A stretch of 64,000 nucleotides of DNA, taken from positions 124,001 to 188,000 of the forward strand of contig NIVC01000835.1 in NCBI GenBank assembly GCA_002269645.1. Reading direction: 5' to 3'. Below the pieces are notes generated by a model, which saw only the letters and a list, made by a program, of their open reading frames with translations, had not been told where the DNA came from and searched no databases. Origin of the DNA: Macrostomum lignano. Its lineage: Eukaryota. A program made the translations under genes and the position numbers. Positions 34,845 to 48,552 of the stretch are shown one piece after another. Position 1 is the first letter of the stretch. The number at the start of each line of letters is the position of its first letter.

Positions 34845-37800
34845 AGTGTCCAGTTTGTGAAGTTTCCAGTTTGTGAAGTGTCCAGTTTGTGAAGTGTCCA
34901 GTTTGTGAAGTGTCCAGTTTGTGAAGTGTCCAGTTTGTGAAGTGTCCAGTTTGTGAAATCTGTAGTTTGTAAAGAGTCCAGTTTGTGAAGAGTCCAGTTT
35001 GTGAAGTGACCAGTTTGTGAAATCTGTAGTTTGTAAAGAGTCCAGTTTGTGAAGAGTCCAGTTTGTGAAGTGTCCAGTTTGTGAAATCTGTAGTTTGTAA
35101 AGAGTCCAGTTTGTGAAGAGTCCAGTTTGTGAAGAGTTCAGTTTGTGAAGTGTCCAGTTTGTGAAGAGTTCAGTTTGTGAAGTGTCCAGTTTGTGAAGTT
35201 TCCAGTTTGTGAAGAGTCCAGTTTGTAAAGAGTCCAGTTTGTGAAGTGTCCAGTTTGTAAAATCTGTAGTTTGTAAAGAGTCCAGTTTGTGAAGTGTCCA
35301 GTTTGTAAAATCTGTAGTTTGTAAAGAGTCCAGTTTGTGAAGAGTCCAGTTTGTGAAGAGTCCAGTTTGTGAAGAGTCCAGTTTGTGAAGAGTCCAGTTT
35401 GTAAAGTGTCCAGTTTGTGAAGAGTCCAGTTTGTGAAGTGTCCAGTTTGTAAAGTGTCCAGTTTGTGAAATCTGTAGTTTGTAAAGAGTCCAGTTTGTGA
35501 AGAGTCCAGTTTGTGAAGTGTCCAGTTTGTGAAGTGTCCAGTTTGTGAAGTGTCCAGTTTGTGAAGTGTCCAGTTTGTGAAATCTGTAGTTTGTAAAGAG
35601 TCCAGTTTGTGAAGAGTCCAGTTTGTAAAGTGTCCAGTTTGTGAAGAGTCCAGTTTGTGAAGTGTCCAGTTTGTGAAGTGTCCAGTTTGTGAAATCTGTA
35701 GTTTGTAAAGAGTCCAGTTTGTGAAGAGTCCAGTTTGTGAAGTGTCCAGTTTGTGAAGAGTCCAGTTTGTGAATTGTCCAGTTTGTGAAGTGTCCAGTTT
35801 GTGAAGTGTCCAGTTTGTGAAATCTGTAGTTTGTAAAGAGTCCAGTTTGTGAAGAGTCCAGTTTGTGAAGTGTCCAGTTTGTGAAGTGTCCAGTTTGTGA
35901 AGTGTCCAGTTTGTGAAGTGTCCAGTTTGTGAAGTGTCCAGTTTGTGAAGTGTCCAGTTTGTGATGTGACTGTTCAGTTTGTGAAGAGTCCAGTTTGTGA
36001 AGTGTCCAGTTTGTGAAGTGTCCAGTTTGTGAAGTGTCCAGTTTGTGAAGTGTCCAGTTTGTGAAGTGTCCAGTTTGTGAAATCTGTAGTTTGTAAAGAG
36101 TCCAGTTTGTGAAGAGTCCAGTTTGTGAAGAGTTCAGTTTGTGAAGTGTCCAGTTTGTGAAGAGTTCAGTTTGTGAAGTGTCCAGTTTGTGAAGTTTCCA
36201 GTTTGTGAAGAGTCCAGTTTGTAAAGAGTCCAGTTTGTGAAGTGTCCAGTTTGTAAAATCTGTAGTTTGTAAAGAGTCCAGTTTGTGAAGTGTCCAGTTT
36301 GTAAAATCTGTAGTTTGTAAAGAGTCCAGTTTGTGAAGAGTCCAGTTTGTGAAGAGTCCAGTTTGTGAAGAGTCCAGTTTGTGAAGAGTCCAGTTTGTAA
36401 AGTGTCCAGTTTGTGAAGAGTCCAGTTTGTGAAGTGTCCAGTTTGTAAAGTGTCCAGTTTGTGAAATCTGTAGTTTGTAAAGAGTCCAGTTTGTGAAGAG
36501 TCCAGTTTGTGAAGTGTCCAGTTTGTGAAGTGTCCAGTTTGTGAAATCTGTAGTTTGTAAAGAGTCCAGTTTGTGAAGTGTCCAGTTTGTGAAGAGTCCA
36601 GTTTGTGAAGTGTCCAGTTTGTGAAGTGTCCAGTTTGTGAAATCTGTAGTTTGTAAAGAGTCCAGTTTGTGAAGAGTCCAGTTTGTGAAGTGTCCAGTTT
36701 GTGAAGAGTCCAGTTTGTGAATTGTCCAGTTTGTGAAGTGTCCAGTTTGTGAAGTGTCCAGTTTGTGAAATCTGTAGTTTGTAAAGAGTCCAGTTTGTGA
36801 AGAGTCCAGTTTGTGAAGTGTCCAGTTTGTGAAGTGTCCAGTTTGTGAAGTGTCCAGTTTGTGAAGTGTCCAGTTTGTGAAGTGTCCAGTTTGTGATGTG
36901 ACTGTTCAGTTTGTGAAGAGTCCAGTTTGTGAAGTGTCCAGTTTGTGAAGTGTCCAGTTTGTGAAATCTGTAGTTTGTAAAGAGTCCAGTTTGTGAAGAG
37001 TTCAGTTTGTGAAGAGTTCAGTTTGTGAAGAGTTCAGTTTGTGAAGAGTTCAGTTTGTGAAGAGTTCAGTTTGTGAAGTGTTCAGTTTGTGAAGTGTCCA
37101 GTTTGTGATGTGACTGTTCAGTTTGTGAAGAGTTCAGTTTGTGAAGAGTTCAGTTTGTGAAGTGTCCAGTTTGTGATGTGACTGTTCAGTTTGTGAAGAG
37201 TCCAGTTTGTGAAGTATCCAGTTTGTGAAGCGACTGTTCAGTTTGTGAAGTGTCCAGTTTGTGAAGTGTCCAGTTTGTGAAGTGACTGTTCAGTTAGTGA
37301 AGAGTCCAGTTTGTGAAGTGTCCAGTTTGTGAAGTGTCCAGTTTGTGAAATCTGTAGTTTGTAAAGAGTCCAGTTTGTGAAGAGTCCAGTTTGTGAAGTG
37401 TCCAGTTTGTGAAGTGTCCAGTTTGTAAAGAGTCCAGTTTGTGAAGAGTCCAGTTTGTGAAGTGTCCAGTTTGTGAAGTGTCCAGTTTGCGAAGAGTCCA
37501 GTTTGTGAAATCTGGTAGTTTGTAAAGAGTCCAGTTTGTGAAGAGTTCAGTTTGTGAAGTGTCCAGTTTGTGAAGAGTTCAGTTTGTGAAGTGTCCAGTT
37601 TGTGAAGAGTCCAGTTTGTGAAATCTGGTAGTTTGTGAAGAGTCCAGTTTGTGAAGAGTTCAGTTTGTGAAGAGTTCAGTTTGTGAAGTGTCCAGTTTGT
37701 GATGTGACTGTTCAGTTTGTGAAGAGTCCAGTTTGTGAAGTATCCAGTTTGTGAAGCGACTGTTCAGTTAGTGAAGTGTCCAGTTTGTGAAGTGTTCAGT

Positions 37801-37855
37801 TTGTAAAGTGTCCAGTTTGTGAAGAGTCCAGTTTGTAAAGCATCCAGTTTGTGAA
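34845..37855. repeat. 16-bp satellite gtgtccagtttgtgaa (~3 kb, Clc intron 2)
   Basis: Direct reading, with variants gaagagtcc, gaaatctgta and a 20-bp gtgatgtgactgttcagttt. Confidence 0.96.
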
Positions 37856-37936
37856 GGGGATGCAGGGTGTCGCTCACTCCTCAAAGCTTCATCCACATCA
37901 TCCTCACTCACTCATCCCCACCGCAACTTCCCTCAG

Positions 37937-38061
37937 GCGGCGAGTGGGAGCGAGTGGCCCGCCTGTGCGACTTCAACCCGAAGACAGGCAAGCAGACAAA
38001 GGACGTCAGCCGGATGCGCAGTATCCTATTCCGGCTCAAGACCGAACCACTTGTGCGCTGA
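37937..38061 (+). CDS. Clc: Clathrin light chain exon 3 (GGEWERVARLCDFNPKTGKQTKDVSRMRSILFRLKTEPLVR*)
   Basis: ccctcag|GC acceptor. C-terminal signature EWERVARLCDFNPK...KDVSRMRS.L. Total CDS 588 nt = 195 aa + stop. Confidence 0.96.
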
Positions 38062-38559
38062 GCTGGTGTGTTACTGACTGACATCCCTGTTTTGCTAGTA
38101 GTAACGGATCTTTAATCTGGGACTTGACACCTTTAATTTATAATAGCGCTTCAAAAACACTTTGAAAATTTAATTCCTGAGTCATTGATTGAGTTTTATC
38201 TCTATTTATTTGTTTAATTAAATTATTAATTTCCAATGTCTCGTGATTCTGTTCTGTCTTATCTTCTCTGTACTCGGTCTGTTCTCTATTGAATGCACCA
38301 TTGGATATTGTCAGTAGAACTTGGCATCTGTCACCCTCGTCATTATATTTAGCCTGTTTAATTATTCACCTAAGTTGTTGATTCTTGATAAATCTTTGTG
38401 AAATCTCTTTTTCGTGTTTAATTTTTGTCAATTCTCAAATCTGCCACAATTACCTACTTAATAGTAAACAATAATATTCGTTTATTATTCAACTATTTTT
38501 ATTGCATAACTGTCGCATGCTTATTGTTCGGTTTTTGAAATGTGATCTGACCAATCTAT

Positions 38560-38565
38560 AATAAA
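38560..38565 (+). terminator. Probable polyadenylation signal of Clc (AATAAA followed by GT/T-rich tract)
   Basis: AATAAA ~500 nt after the stop, at the end of a T-rich 3'UTR-like stretch, followed by ctgcgtgtttgatcagttttgttt. Confidence 0.5.
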
Positions 38566-38827
38566 ATATTAATCTGCGTGTTTGATCAGTTTTGTTTAAT
38601 TCATTTATTAAATACGAATATACCTGTCGCATGTTGTGTCTGGCGCAGTAACAATTGAAAGTAATCATATATTGAGATAATTATGGTGTTTAAACTGCAT
38701 CCTGTTTATTTAAGCTCTGCGGTAAACGCGTCCGAAGCAAGCACCACTGTGATGTAACAGGATATAAAACTCAAAGATCCTGTCATTTTTTGGAGGCACA
38801 CGTTGATCCTTGATCTCTAAAAAGTTG

Positions 38828-39468
38828 AATTGCTGAGATGTCAGGCTTGGAGAGTTGCTGAGATGTCAGGCTTGGGAGGATTGCTGAGATGTCAAGGCTG
38901 ACTGGGGGATTGCTGAGATGTCAGGCTTGGATGGATCGCTGAGATGTCAGGCTTGGGGGGATTGCTGAGATGTCAGGCTTGGGGGGATTGCTGAGATGTC
39001 AGGCTTGGGGGGATTGCTGAGATGTCAGGCTTGGATGGATCGCTGAGATGTCAGGCTTGGGGGGATTGCTGAGATGTCAGGCTTGGGGGGATTGCTGAGA
39101 TGTCAGGCTTGGATGGATCGCTGAGATGTCAGGCTTGGGGGATTGCTGAGATGTCAGGCTTGGGGGATTGCTGAGATGTCAGGCTTGGGGGATTGCTGAG
39201 ATGTCAGGCTTGGGGGGATTGCTGAGATGTCAGGCTTGGGGGGATTGCTGAGATGTCAGGCTTGGGGGGATTGCTGAGATGTCAGGCTTTGGGGGAATTG
39301 CTGAGATGTCAGGCTTTGGGGGAATTGCTGAGATGTCAGGCTTTGGGGGAATTGCTGAGATGTCAGGCTTTGGGGGAATTGCTGAGATGTCAGGCTTTGG
39401 GGGAATTGCTGAGATGTCAGGCTTTGGGGGAATTGCTGAGATGTCAGGCTTGGGGGAATTGCTGAGAT
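38828..39468. repeat. ~26-27-bp minisatellite gggggattgctgagatgtcaggctt (TTGCTGAGATG family)
   Basis: Direct reading. Confidence 0.93.
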
Positions 39469-40159
39469 GAGAGGTCAAAAGTTGCATGTAGTCTATTAGA
39501 AAAAATTGAATTCCATTCATTGTTGCCTCTCCAATGGGTGGGCGGTGATAGCTTAATTAGTTGAAAGTAAAGGTGAGCGCGAATCCAGCACCGGCGCACC
39601 CAGAGTTCTCAATATACTACTTGTCAAGTAGCCAATTCAGCGCATAGTTCCATTATTCAAACCTTAATAAAAGAGCCGTGTTGGCCAATTTGTTCTTCGA
39701 CTCCCATGCTAACAATGCGTAACAATACAAGAAGCGGGCTCTTGTAATTCTTTATTATAAGTTACTGTAATAGCGAAAATTTATTTGTACACGCCTGAGA
39801 CGCAGACAACTAAAGTTAATTAATTAATTATGATTTATGACAGCAGAACTGCCGCCGGCAAGTCAATGCGGATCACCTGCTTTGCTGCGGATTGTCTGTT
39901 TGGCAGCGAGCCATACAAATTGCGTATGTTTCTGCCAGCTATGAGTCTATAGTAGCAAGTACTCACAAAAGAATCGTACATGCACATGCAACCGAGCTTG
40001 CATGTAGCCTGCACCCAGACTGTGCGCTTTGAGTCGGGAAGATTTGGCCAGACGTATCGATCTGTAGGAAGACCATGTACCCGCACTCTTATGGTTTTCT
40101 GTGTAAATATGTACGAGTTGCGATATTTGCTTCTAGGAAATCAGCACTACAGTCTCCAA

Positions 40160-40730
40160 CCAAAAACTCTAAACCCTGAACCCAAAAAATCTAAACCCTG
40201 AACCCGAAGAATCTGAAGCCTGACCCAAGAATCTAAACCCTGAAACCAAGAATCTAAACCCTGAAACCAAGAATCTAAACCCTGAACACTACGAAACTAA
40301 ACCCTGAACCCAAGAAACTAAACACTCAACTAAAGATTCTAAATCCTGAACCCAAGAATCTAAACCCTGAACCCAATAATCTAAACCCTGAAACCAAAGA
40401 ATCTAAACCCTGAACCCAAAGAATCTAAACCCTGAACTAAAGAGTCAAAACCCTGAACCCAAAAATCTAAACCCTGAGCCCAAGAAAATTAACCCTGAAC
40501 CCAAGAAAATTAACTCTAAACACAAAGAAACTAAACCCTGAACCCAAGAATCTAAACCCTGAACCCAAGAAAACTAACTCTAAACACAAAGAATCTAAAC
40601 CCTGAACTCATCAAGAATCTAAACCCTGAACCCAAGAATCTAAACCCTGAACCCAAGAAAATTAACCCTGAACTCAAAGAAACTAAACCCTGAACCCAAG
40701 AATCTAAACACTGAACTTATTGACTCAAAC
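40160..40730. repeat. ~21-bp minisatellite ctaaaccctgaacccaagaat
   Basis: Direct reading; moderately diverged. Confidence 0.88.
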
Positions 40731-41136
40731 CCAAGGTAATATTTCATGAGACCCAGTTGCTTACAATAAAAAGTCCCAAAGCCAAGAACTCAAAAACCCT
40801 GAAATTCAAACTCTGGTTTTATGGCCTAATTAAGGAAACTGCGTTAATTAGATTTACCGCAAAGAAGAAGTAATTGAAGCTTCATTCAACTTCAGCGCTA
40901 TTTCTTGATCGAATGAAACTAGAGAGGAATCTGTGTTTTCATAGGTAAATCAAGGCAGTCAATGTCAGAGCTTGCTCAGACTTTTAATAACGTATAACGG
41001 CTGGGTTTCGTTCTAACTCTCTACATTTCAAGCCACAACCGCTCAACGGATTTACGATAGAGAACCTGTTGGCTCCATGGAGTCGGCTCCAGCGAACTGA
41101 ACAAGTTCTGGTGTGTGGGGGCTCCTGATCCCCCAC

Positions 41137-41176
<40 letters not shown>

Positions 41177-41389
41177 AGCTCTGCTCACCAGCTTGTCAAT
41201 ATTTGGGCCGCGGCCTCTTAGTCTCACTGGTTGCTTCTGTACTTAAGTGCAGATTCTGATTGCATTGACATTACGGGTTATGGGGGTTATAAACTGCTCT
41301 CACTCTGTCTCAGATCCTCCGCTTTAATCTGATCACCGCCGACTAACGGGTACCGCTCTTGAAACAGCTCTAGCTGTTTTTTAACAGCT

Positions 41390-42155
41390 CCCCTACAGAA
41401 TCCCCTACATCCTTACAGCCTCCCCTACACCCCAACAGCCACACCCCTACAGCCTCTCCTACACTCCTACAGCCTCCCCTACATCCCTATAGCCTCCCCG
41501 ACACCCCTACAGCCTCCCCTACACCCCTACAGCCTCCCCTATATCCCTACAGCCTCCCCTACACCCCTACAGCCTCCCCTATATCCTTACAGCCTCCCCT
41601 ACACCCTTACAGCCTCCCCTATATCCTTACAGCCTCCCCTACACCCCTACAGCCACACCCCTACATCCTTACAGCCTCCCCTACACCCCTACAGCCTCCC
41701 CTATATCCTTACAGCCTCCCCTACACCCCTACAGCCACACCCCTACATCCTTACAGCCTCCCCTACACCCCTACAGCCTCCCCTATATCCTTACAGCCTT
41801 CCCTACACCCCTACAGCCACACCCCTACATCCTTACAGCCTCCCCTACACCCCTACAGCCTCCCCTATATCCTTACAGCCTCCCCTACACCCCTACAGCC
41901 ACACCCCTACAGCTTCTCCTACACTCCTACAGCCTCCCCTACACCCCTACAGCCTCTCCTACACCCTTACAGCCTCCCCTACATCCCTATAGCCTCCCCT
42001 ACACCCCTAAAGCCTCCCCTACACCCCTACAGCCTCTCCTACACCCTTACAGCCTCCCCTACATCCCTACAGCCTACCCTACAGCCTCCCCTACAGCTTC
42101 CTCCTACAGCCTCCCCTGCAGCCTCCCTTACAGCTTCCCCCTACAGCCTCCCCCC
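41390..42155. repeat. C-rich ~20-bp minisatellite cccctacagcctcccctaca
   Basis: Direct reading. Confidence 0.92.
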
Positions 42156-43464
42156 AAAGCGTCACTCCAATTTAACCAACGATCCGAAACCAACATTTTG
42201 TCCCGTTAATTAGCTCATCGCCAGAGTCGAGTGAGTTTCTATGCACAATGGTTCGGCATTTCACGTGTTTTTTGCGCACTAATTGGCCCCCTCATATACT
42301 CAACTCCAGCATTCTCTCACCAAACAATGGAAATCGCATGGCTCACCTTAAGTAATTGAAGGCACGCACAAGATTTCCGAATAATTTCCGAGCTCGTAAA
42401 GGACGGAGATGGAAGCTGAGCCTAAGGAATCAGCATTCTCTTCCCCCCCCCAGAGCCCTCCTCCTAATTCTGAGCAGTTCAAAAACAAAGTCTTTCATCC
42501 AAATTTCCTCAAACTGCTCAATTAAACCTTCCTCACGGCCCCGTTCTGCCCGCGCGTACGCCAGCCTGCCTGCCTGCCTGTGCCAGCTACCGGGGGGAAG
42601 GTAGGGGCGGGAGGACAGGACTTGGGACTTGGGCGGTGAGTTAAGAAGGAGAGGCCGCGGTGGCGGCGGCTCCTTTGAAGACTCGCCGGCGCAGTCCTGG
42701 CCAAGGCAGGCAACGCCCCCCCCCCCAGCCCCGGACCTCCCCCCGGTCAATATTCTCCGCTCCGAGTCTTTTCCTCGCCCGGCCGGCCGTTATCCCACAC
42801 CTCCCCCGGTCATATTCCACTCCGATTGCCCATGGGAACGGAGAGGCCTGTGTTGCACCCAACTGTCTTCTTCTTTTAGCCCTAGCTGCCCCCCCCCCCA
42901 GCTATATCTGTCACTTTCTTTGGTTAATATCTTTTTTTAGATTCTCCCTATCGACTAAGATTGCCAATTAATTCGCTGTAAAATGCGTGATTCTCTCCAA
43001 CCAGTCGAAACTGACCTGCCTTTCTCTCTCTTCTCGCTCTAATCTAATTTTTGTTTTTAGTCTGAAATCGTTTATGGCTATTTGAGCGGCACCTGACGAC
43101 TGAGACTTAAGAGGGTCCATCGTGGGTGGGCTCGTCTCTAAGCGCGAGTAGTGCTATAAGTCTAACAAAATCTGAATTGGTATGGCATGGCATGCTTTCG
43201 CCGATCAGGATATGCTGGTCCGGTCAAAGGCTGCGTGGGTGGCCCTCTTGATTGAGCGCATGGGGGATCGCGAGAAATCCCAACCATTGCTGTTGTTGTT
43301 ACCATGGTGATGGGATTTAGTTTTTCTCGTCTTTCCTGCGCTGTGTGCTTTATATTTAACTTACTAAATAGGTGGATAATCGTATTTAATAATTATAAAC
43401 TCTAAATCATATCCGATGATTATATTAAAATATTTATTGTTTAACGAACGACTGTATACTCTAT

Positions 43465-44125
43465 TTCTACCCGACTGCCTATGCTCTATTCTATACTGCC
43501 TACCCAACTGCCTATGCTCTATTCTATACTGCCTACCCAACTGCCTATGCTCTATTCTATACTGCCTACCCAACTGCCTATGCTCTATTCTATACTGCCT
43601 ACCCAACTGCCTATGCTCTATTCTATACTGCCTACCCGACTGCCTATGCTCTATTCTATACTGCCTACCCGACTGCCTATGCTCTATTCTATACTGCCTA
43701 CCCAACTGCCTATGCTCTATTCTATACTGCCTACCCAACTGCCTATGCTCTATTCTATACTGCCTACCCAACTGCCTATGCTCTATTCTATACTGCCTAC
43801 CCAACTGCCTATGCTCTATTCTATACTGCCTACCCAACTGCCTATGCTCTATTCTATACTGCCTACCCAACTGCCTATGCTCTATTCTATACTGCCTACC
43901 CGACTGCCTATGCTCTATTCTATACTGCCTACCCGACTGTCTATCTTCTACCCTATACTGTCTACCCTACTTTCTACCCTATACTGCCTACCCAACTGCC
44001 TATGCTCTATTCTATACTGTCTACCAGACTGTTTATCTTCTATCCAATACTGTCTACCCTACTGCCTACCCTATACTGTCTACCCTACTGTCTACCATAT
44101 ACTGTCTCTGCCTACCATACTGCTA
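43465..44125. repeat. 33-bp minisatellite ctgcctatgctctattctatactgcctacccaa
   Basis: Direct reading; decays after ~43940. Confidence 0.93.
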
Positions 44126-44999
44126 CGCTATCCAAACACAATCCAGCCACTTGTCAATAAGAGAGCACACCGCTTAGATCTGAGTCCATGCTCAAATAGC
44201 CACTCCATCAACTGATCCATTAAGTCCAAGAATAATGGACAATGGTTTCCGAGCGATCCATCGCTGTCGCTCTTGAACTGTCTTTTTTATCGAAATTTTC
44301 AATGCTCACCCAGTGTGTGTGAGTTGCATTTTTTACAATCGCTTCGATTCCGCGGTGCCAGCCGGAGGAAAGAGAGCGGACAAGGAGGCTGCTTGACCTC
44401 CATCTCGGCCGTGGATTGTGAAGACTTGGATAAACAACAAAGACACGCGATCAGCGCCTACCTTAGCAGAAGCAGAAAAAAGTATAAATCCAGTTGTTTG
44501 CTTATTCCAGCCTCGAAATTTTGATATCGAAAGAATAGGAAAAAGGATCTGAAACCGACTGTCTGATGGTTTCACGTTTTTTGCGGCTCTCCTTGCTTGG
44601 CCTCTCAGTGAGGTGGTCTTCACACACTTGTGTCACAATGCGTTTAAAAAAAAACTCACAAAAATTTCAATACTGTGCGCAGACAGGATAACAGAGAAAG
44701 AGAGACTGAGCACTTTTTTACGACACCAACGGATCCATATGGCTTATGTCTTTCCATTGTGTGAGAAGCCGCCAAGAGCTTGTGTCCCCCGGATCGAGGA
44801 CAATGCCCTCACGCTGTAATGGATCCAGATTCCGGAAGTGCGCGTTCAAAAAATGCCGCCAATATATTCAAACTGTTTTTGCTTATCGATCTGTGAGCTA
44901 ACTCTTTCTCTGCCAGTTTTTTCTCTGCGCGAGATATATTGGCATCTGGGTTATTGGATGAGCTGGATGGCAACTGGTGCGTGTCCATGTCGGGATTGA

Positions 45000-45830
45000 G
45001 AGCTGGAGAGATAAGCTAAGGAGAGATAGAGAGAAAGAAAGCTAAGGGGCGATAGGGAGATAAGCTAATGGGAACTACAGAGATAAGCTGAGGGGGGCTA
45101 CAGAGATAAGCTAAGGTCAGCTACAGAGATAAGCTAAGGTCAGCTACAGAGATAAGCTAAGGGGGCCTACAGAGATAAGCTAAGGGGGGCTACAGAGATA
45201 AGCTAAGAGGAGCTACAGAAATAAGCTAATGAGAGCTACAGAGATAAGCTAATGAGAGCTACAGAGATAAGCTAATGAGAGCTACAGAGATAAGCTAATG
45301 AGAGCTACAGAAATAAGCTAATGAGAGCTACAGAGATAAGCTAATGAGAGCTACAGAGATAAGCTAATGAGAGCTACAGAGATAAGCTAATGAGAGCTAC
45401 AGAGATAAGCTAATGAGAGCTACAGAGATAAGCTAATGAGAGCTACAGAGATAAGCTAATGAGAGCTACAGAGATAAGCTAATCAGAGCTACAGAGATAA
45501 GCTAATGAGAGCTACAGAGATAAGTTAAGGGGAGCTACAGAGATAAGTTAAGGGGAGCTACAGAGATAAGCTAAGGTCAGCTACAGAGATAAGCTAAGGT
45601 CAGCTACAGAGATAAGCTAAGGGGAGCTACAGAGATAAGCTAATGAGAGCTACAGAGATAAGCTAAGGGGAGCTACAGAGATAAGCTAAGGGGAGCTACA
45701 GAGATAAGCTAATCAGAGCTACAGAGATAAGCTAATCAGAGCTACAGAGATAAGCTAATGAGAGCTACAGAGATAAGCTAATCAAAGCTACAGAGATAAG
45801 CTACAGAGATAAGCTACAGAGGCAGATTCA
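45000..45830. repeat. 23-bp minisatellite agagataagctaatgagagctac
   Basis: Period 23. Confidence 0.93.
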
Positions 45831-46462
45831 GAGTCCGGAGAAGGTGCTCAGTGAGGGCCATGAGCTGTCACCTCAGCGTCTGAAACAATTAAAACTGAAT
45901 TGTATGGCTATTACTGTTGATAATCTGCCGACAGTCCAGCTGGCTTGAAATGAGTTCGCGCTAAACAAACGACAAGCTACTCGTAGAATTTTGCGATTCG
46001 AGGAACAAACAGATTTTATCCCACAAACGGGAATAGACTCCAGACAAGAGAGGCACTTGAAAGCTTGAAAGCGTAAACGCTTAGGATTTTGCCTCAACTG
46101 CAGTTCTCGGCTGCATTTGCATGGGAAGATTGGGGAATTGAAATCAGTAGGAATTGTTTCAGCAGCAGATGGGATCTGGCAATTATGAGAACGAGAATTA
46201 TTGTTTTTTTAATATGCTCACAAGCATACAATTTGGAGATATCCAATCAGGCAGGGAACAATTGCTGTCTTTGTCACGATTCAGCTGCCATCGATTGGAG
46301 CAGCGGCAGCTGACTGAGTATTGATCGGGTGGTGCAGCGCTGATATGAATTTCCGATTTGGCTGCTGGGAGATGATGAGGCTGATTGCACTTGCAGCTTC
46401 TCGCATGGCTGCGTTTAGCTTCATTTGGACACCACTGCCGGCTGCAGCTGTTCCAATGTACC

Positions 46463-47077
<615 letters not shown>

Positions 47078-47999
47078 AAGCACCTTAGCACAACAGTGGC
47101 TGTTTAAACACAACTTCAAACTAATATCCACCTCAATACTCCAAGCCCAACAATATCCGTGACATCTCATATCTTATTCAACAGCAGTTATTGTTAAACA
47201 AAGGTGAGACACGCTATTCTTCAACTGAGCGCACAAGCAATTGGCCGCCGCCACTTGAACGCGGCTACGCAAAACTTTCTCCCGAATACACGGTATATTA
47301 AAAGTGTCCCAAATTAATAATAAGCAGCTCGGGAGTGCCAGCTGAGATTCTCTCAATGTTGAGCAAAATGGCAACACATAGGATCCGCTGGGCGGCACTT
47401 CAAACGTGGCACAAAGACCCAGAGAGAATAAAATTGGTCCAAGTTACTCGCGCGGCTTCTCTCAAAGAAATTCGATGCCGTCTTCTTCAATGTAAGATTT
47501 TCTAGATTCTGCCGTTGACTTTTTAATTAAAACCTTCTCTCCAAGCTTCTCTCTCCCTCCATTGTTCGTCCGTCTGAAACACGAAATTCCAACACAAAAA
47601 CTTGGCGGCTGTATTACGTTGGCTAGACAACATCGACTAGTTCTAGTCTAGCTTACTAAATATTTGAATTTATTCTTAAAGCCTATGCATACCTGATGTG
47701 AGAGTTCAGTTTACACTCTGGGGTGGAGTTGTCCAGGTTCGGGAAAGGTTTGCATGTTGCCAGGTAGGCATGCATTGCTCGTTACCGATTCAGTGCTAAG
47801 CACCGGGTGTTGAATTGCATCTTCGAATTTCGATGCCCTAATGATGCAATAACACCCTCGTTGTCAGGCCAGGGTTGGGACATCTCCGTGTTGCTATTGG
47901 ATGCTTGCAGAAAGGCCGATATCTTGGCTTATTTGGGTCCCTTTTGGCTAGTTCATTGATTGATATATTGATACATTGAATTAATTGATTAAATAATTA

Positions 48000-48552
48000 T
48001 TCATTTCATTTGACTCATTTGACTCATTGACTCATTTGACTCATTTGACTCATTGACTCATTTGACTCATTGACTCATTGACTCATTTGACTCATTGACT
48101 CATTCGACTCATTTGACTCATTGACTCATTCGACTCATTCGACTCATTGACTCATTGACTCATTTGACTCGTTTGACTCATTTGACTCATTTGACTCGTT
48201 TGACTCATTTGACTCATTGACTCATTCGACTCATTTGACTCATTGACTCATTGACTCATTCGACTCATTTGACTCATTTGACTCATTGACTCATTGACTC
48301 ATTCGACTCATTTGACTCATTTGACTCGTTTGACTCGTTTGACTCATTTGACTCATTGACTCATTCGACTCATTTGACTCATTTGACTCGTTTGACTCAT
48401 TTGACTCATTGACTCATTTGACTCATTGACTCATTCGACTCATTTGACTCATTGACTCATTGACTCATTTGACTCATTTGACTCATTCGACTCATTTGAC
48501 TCATTTGACTCATTGACTCATTTGACACATTGACTCATTTGACTCATTGACT
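48000..48552. repeat. 8/9-bp repeat gactcatt / gactcattt / gactcattc
   Basis: Direct reading. Confidence 0.95.

Noticed and set aside
42356-42971. Cluster of overlapping ORFs in a GC-rich patch
   Set aside because: Low-complexity Pro/Arg/Gly translations on both strands, no splice framework or homology; expected by chance at this GC content.
47690-47950. Possible minus-strand exon ending CAG|GTATGC
   Set aside because: The frames reaching the donor that I checked hit stop codons, there is no good acceptor, and no recognisable homology.
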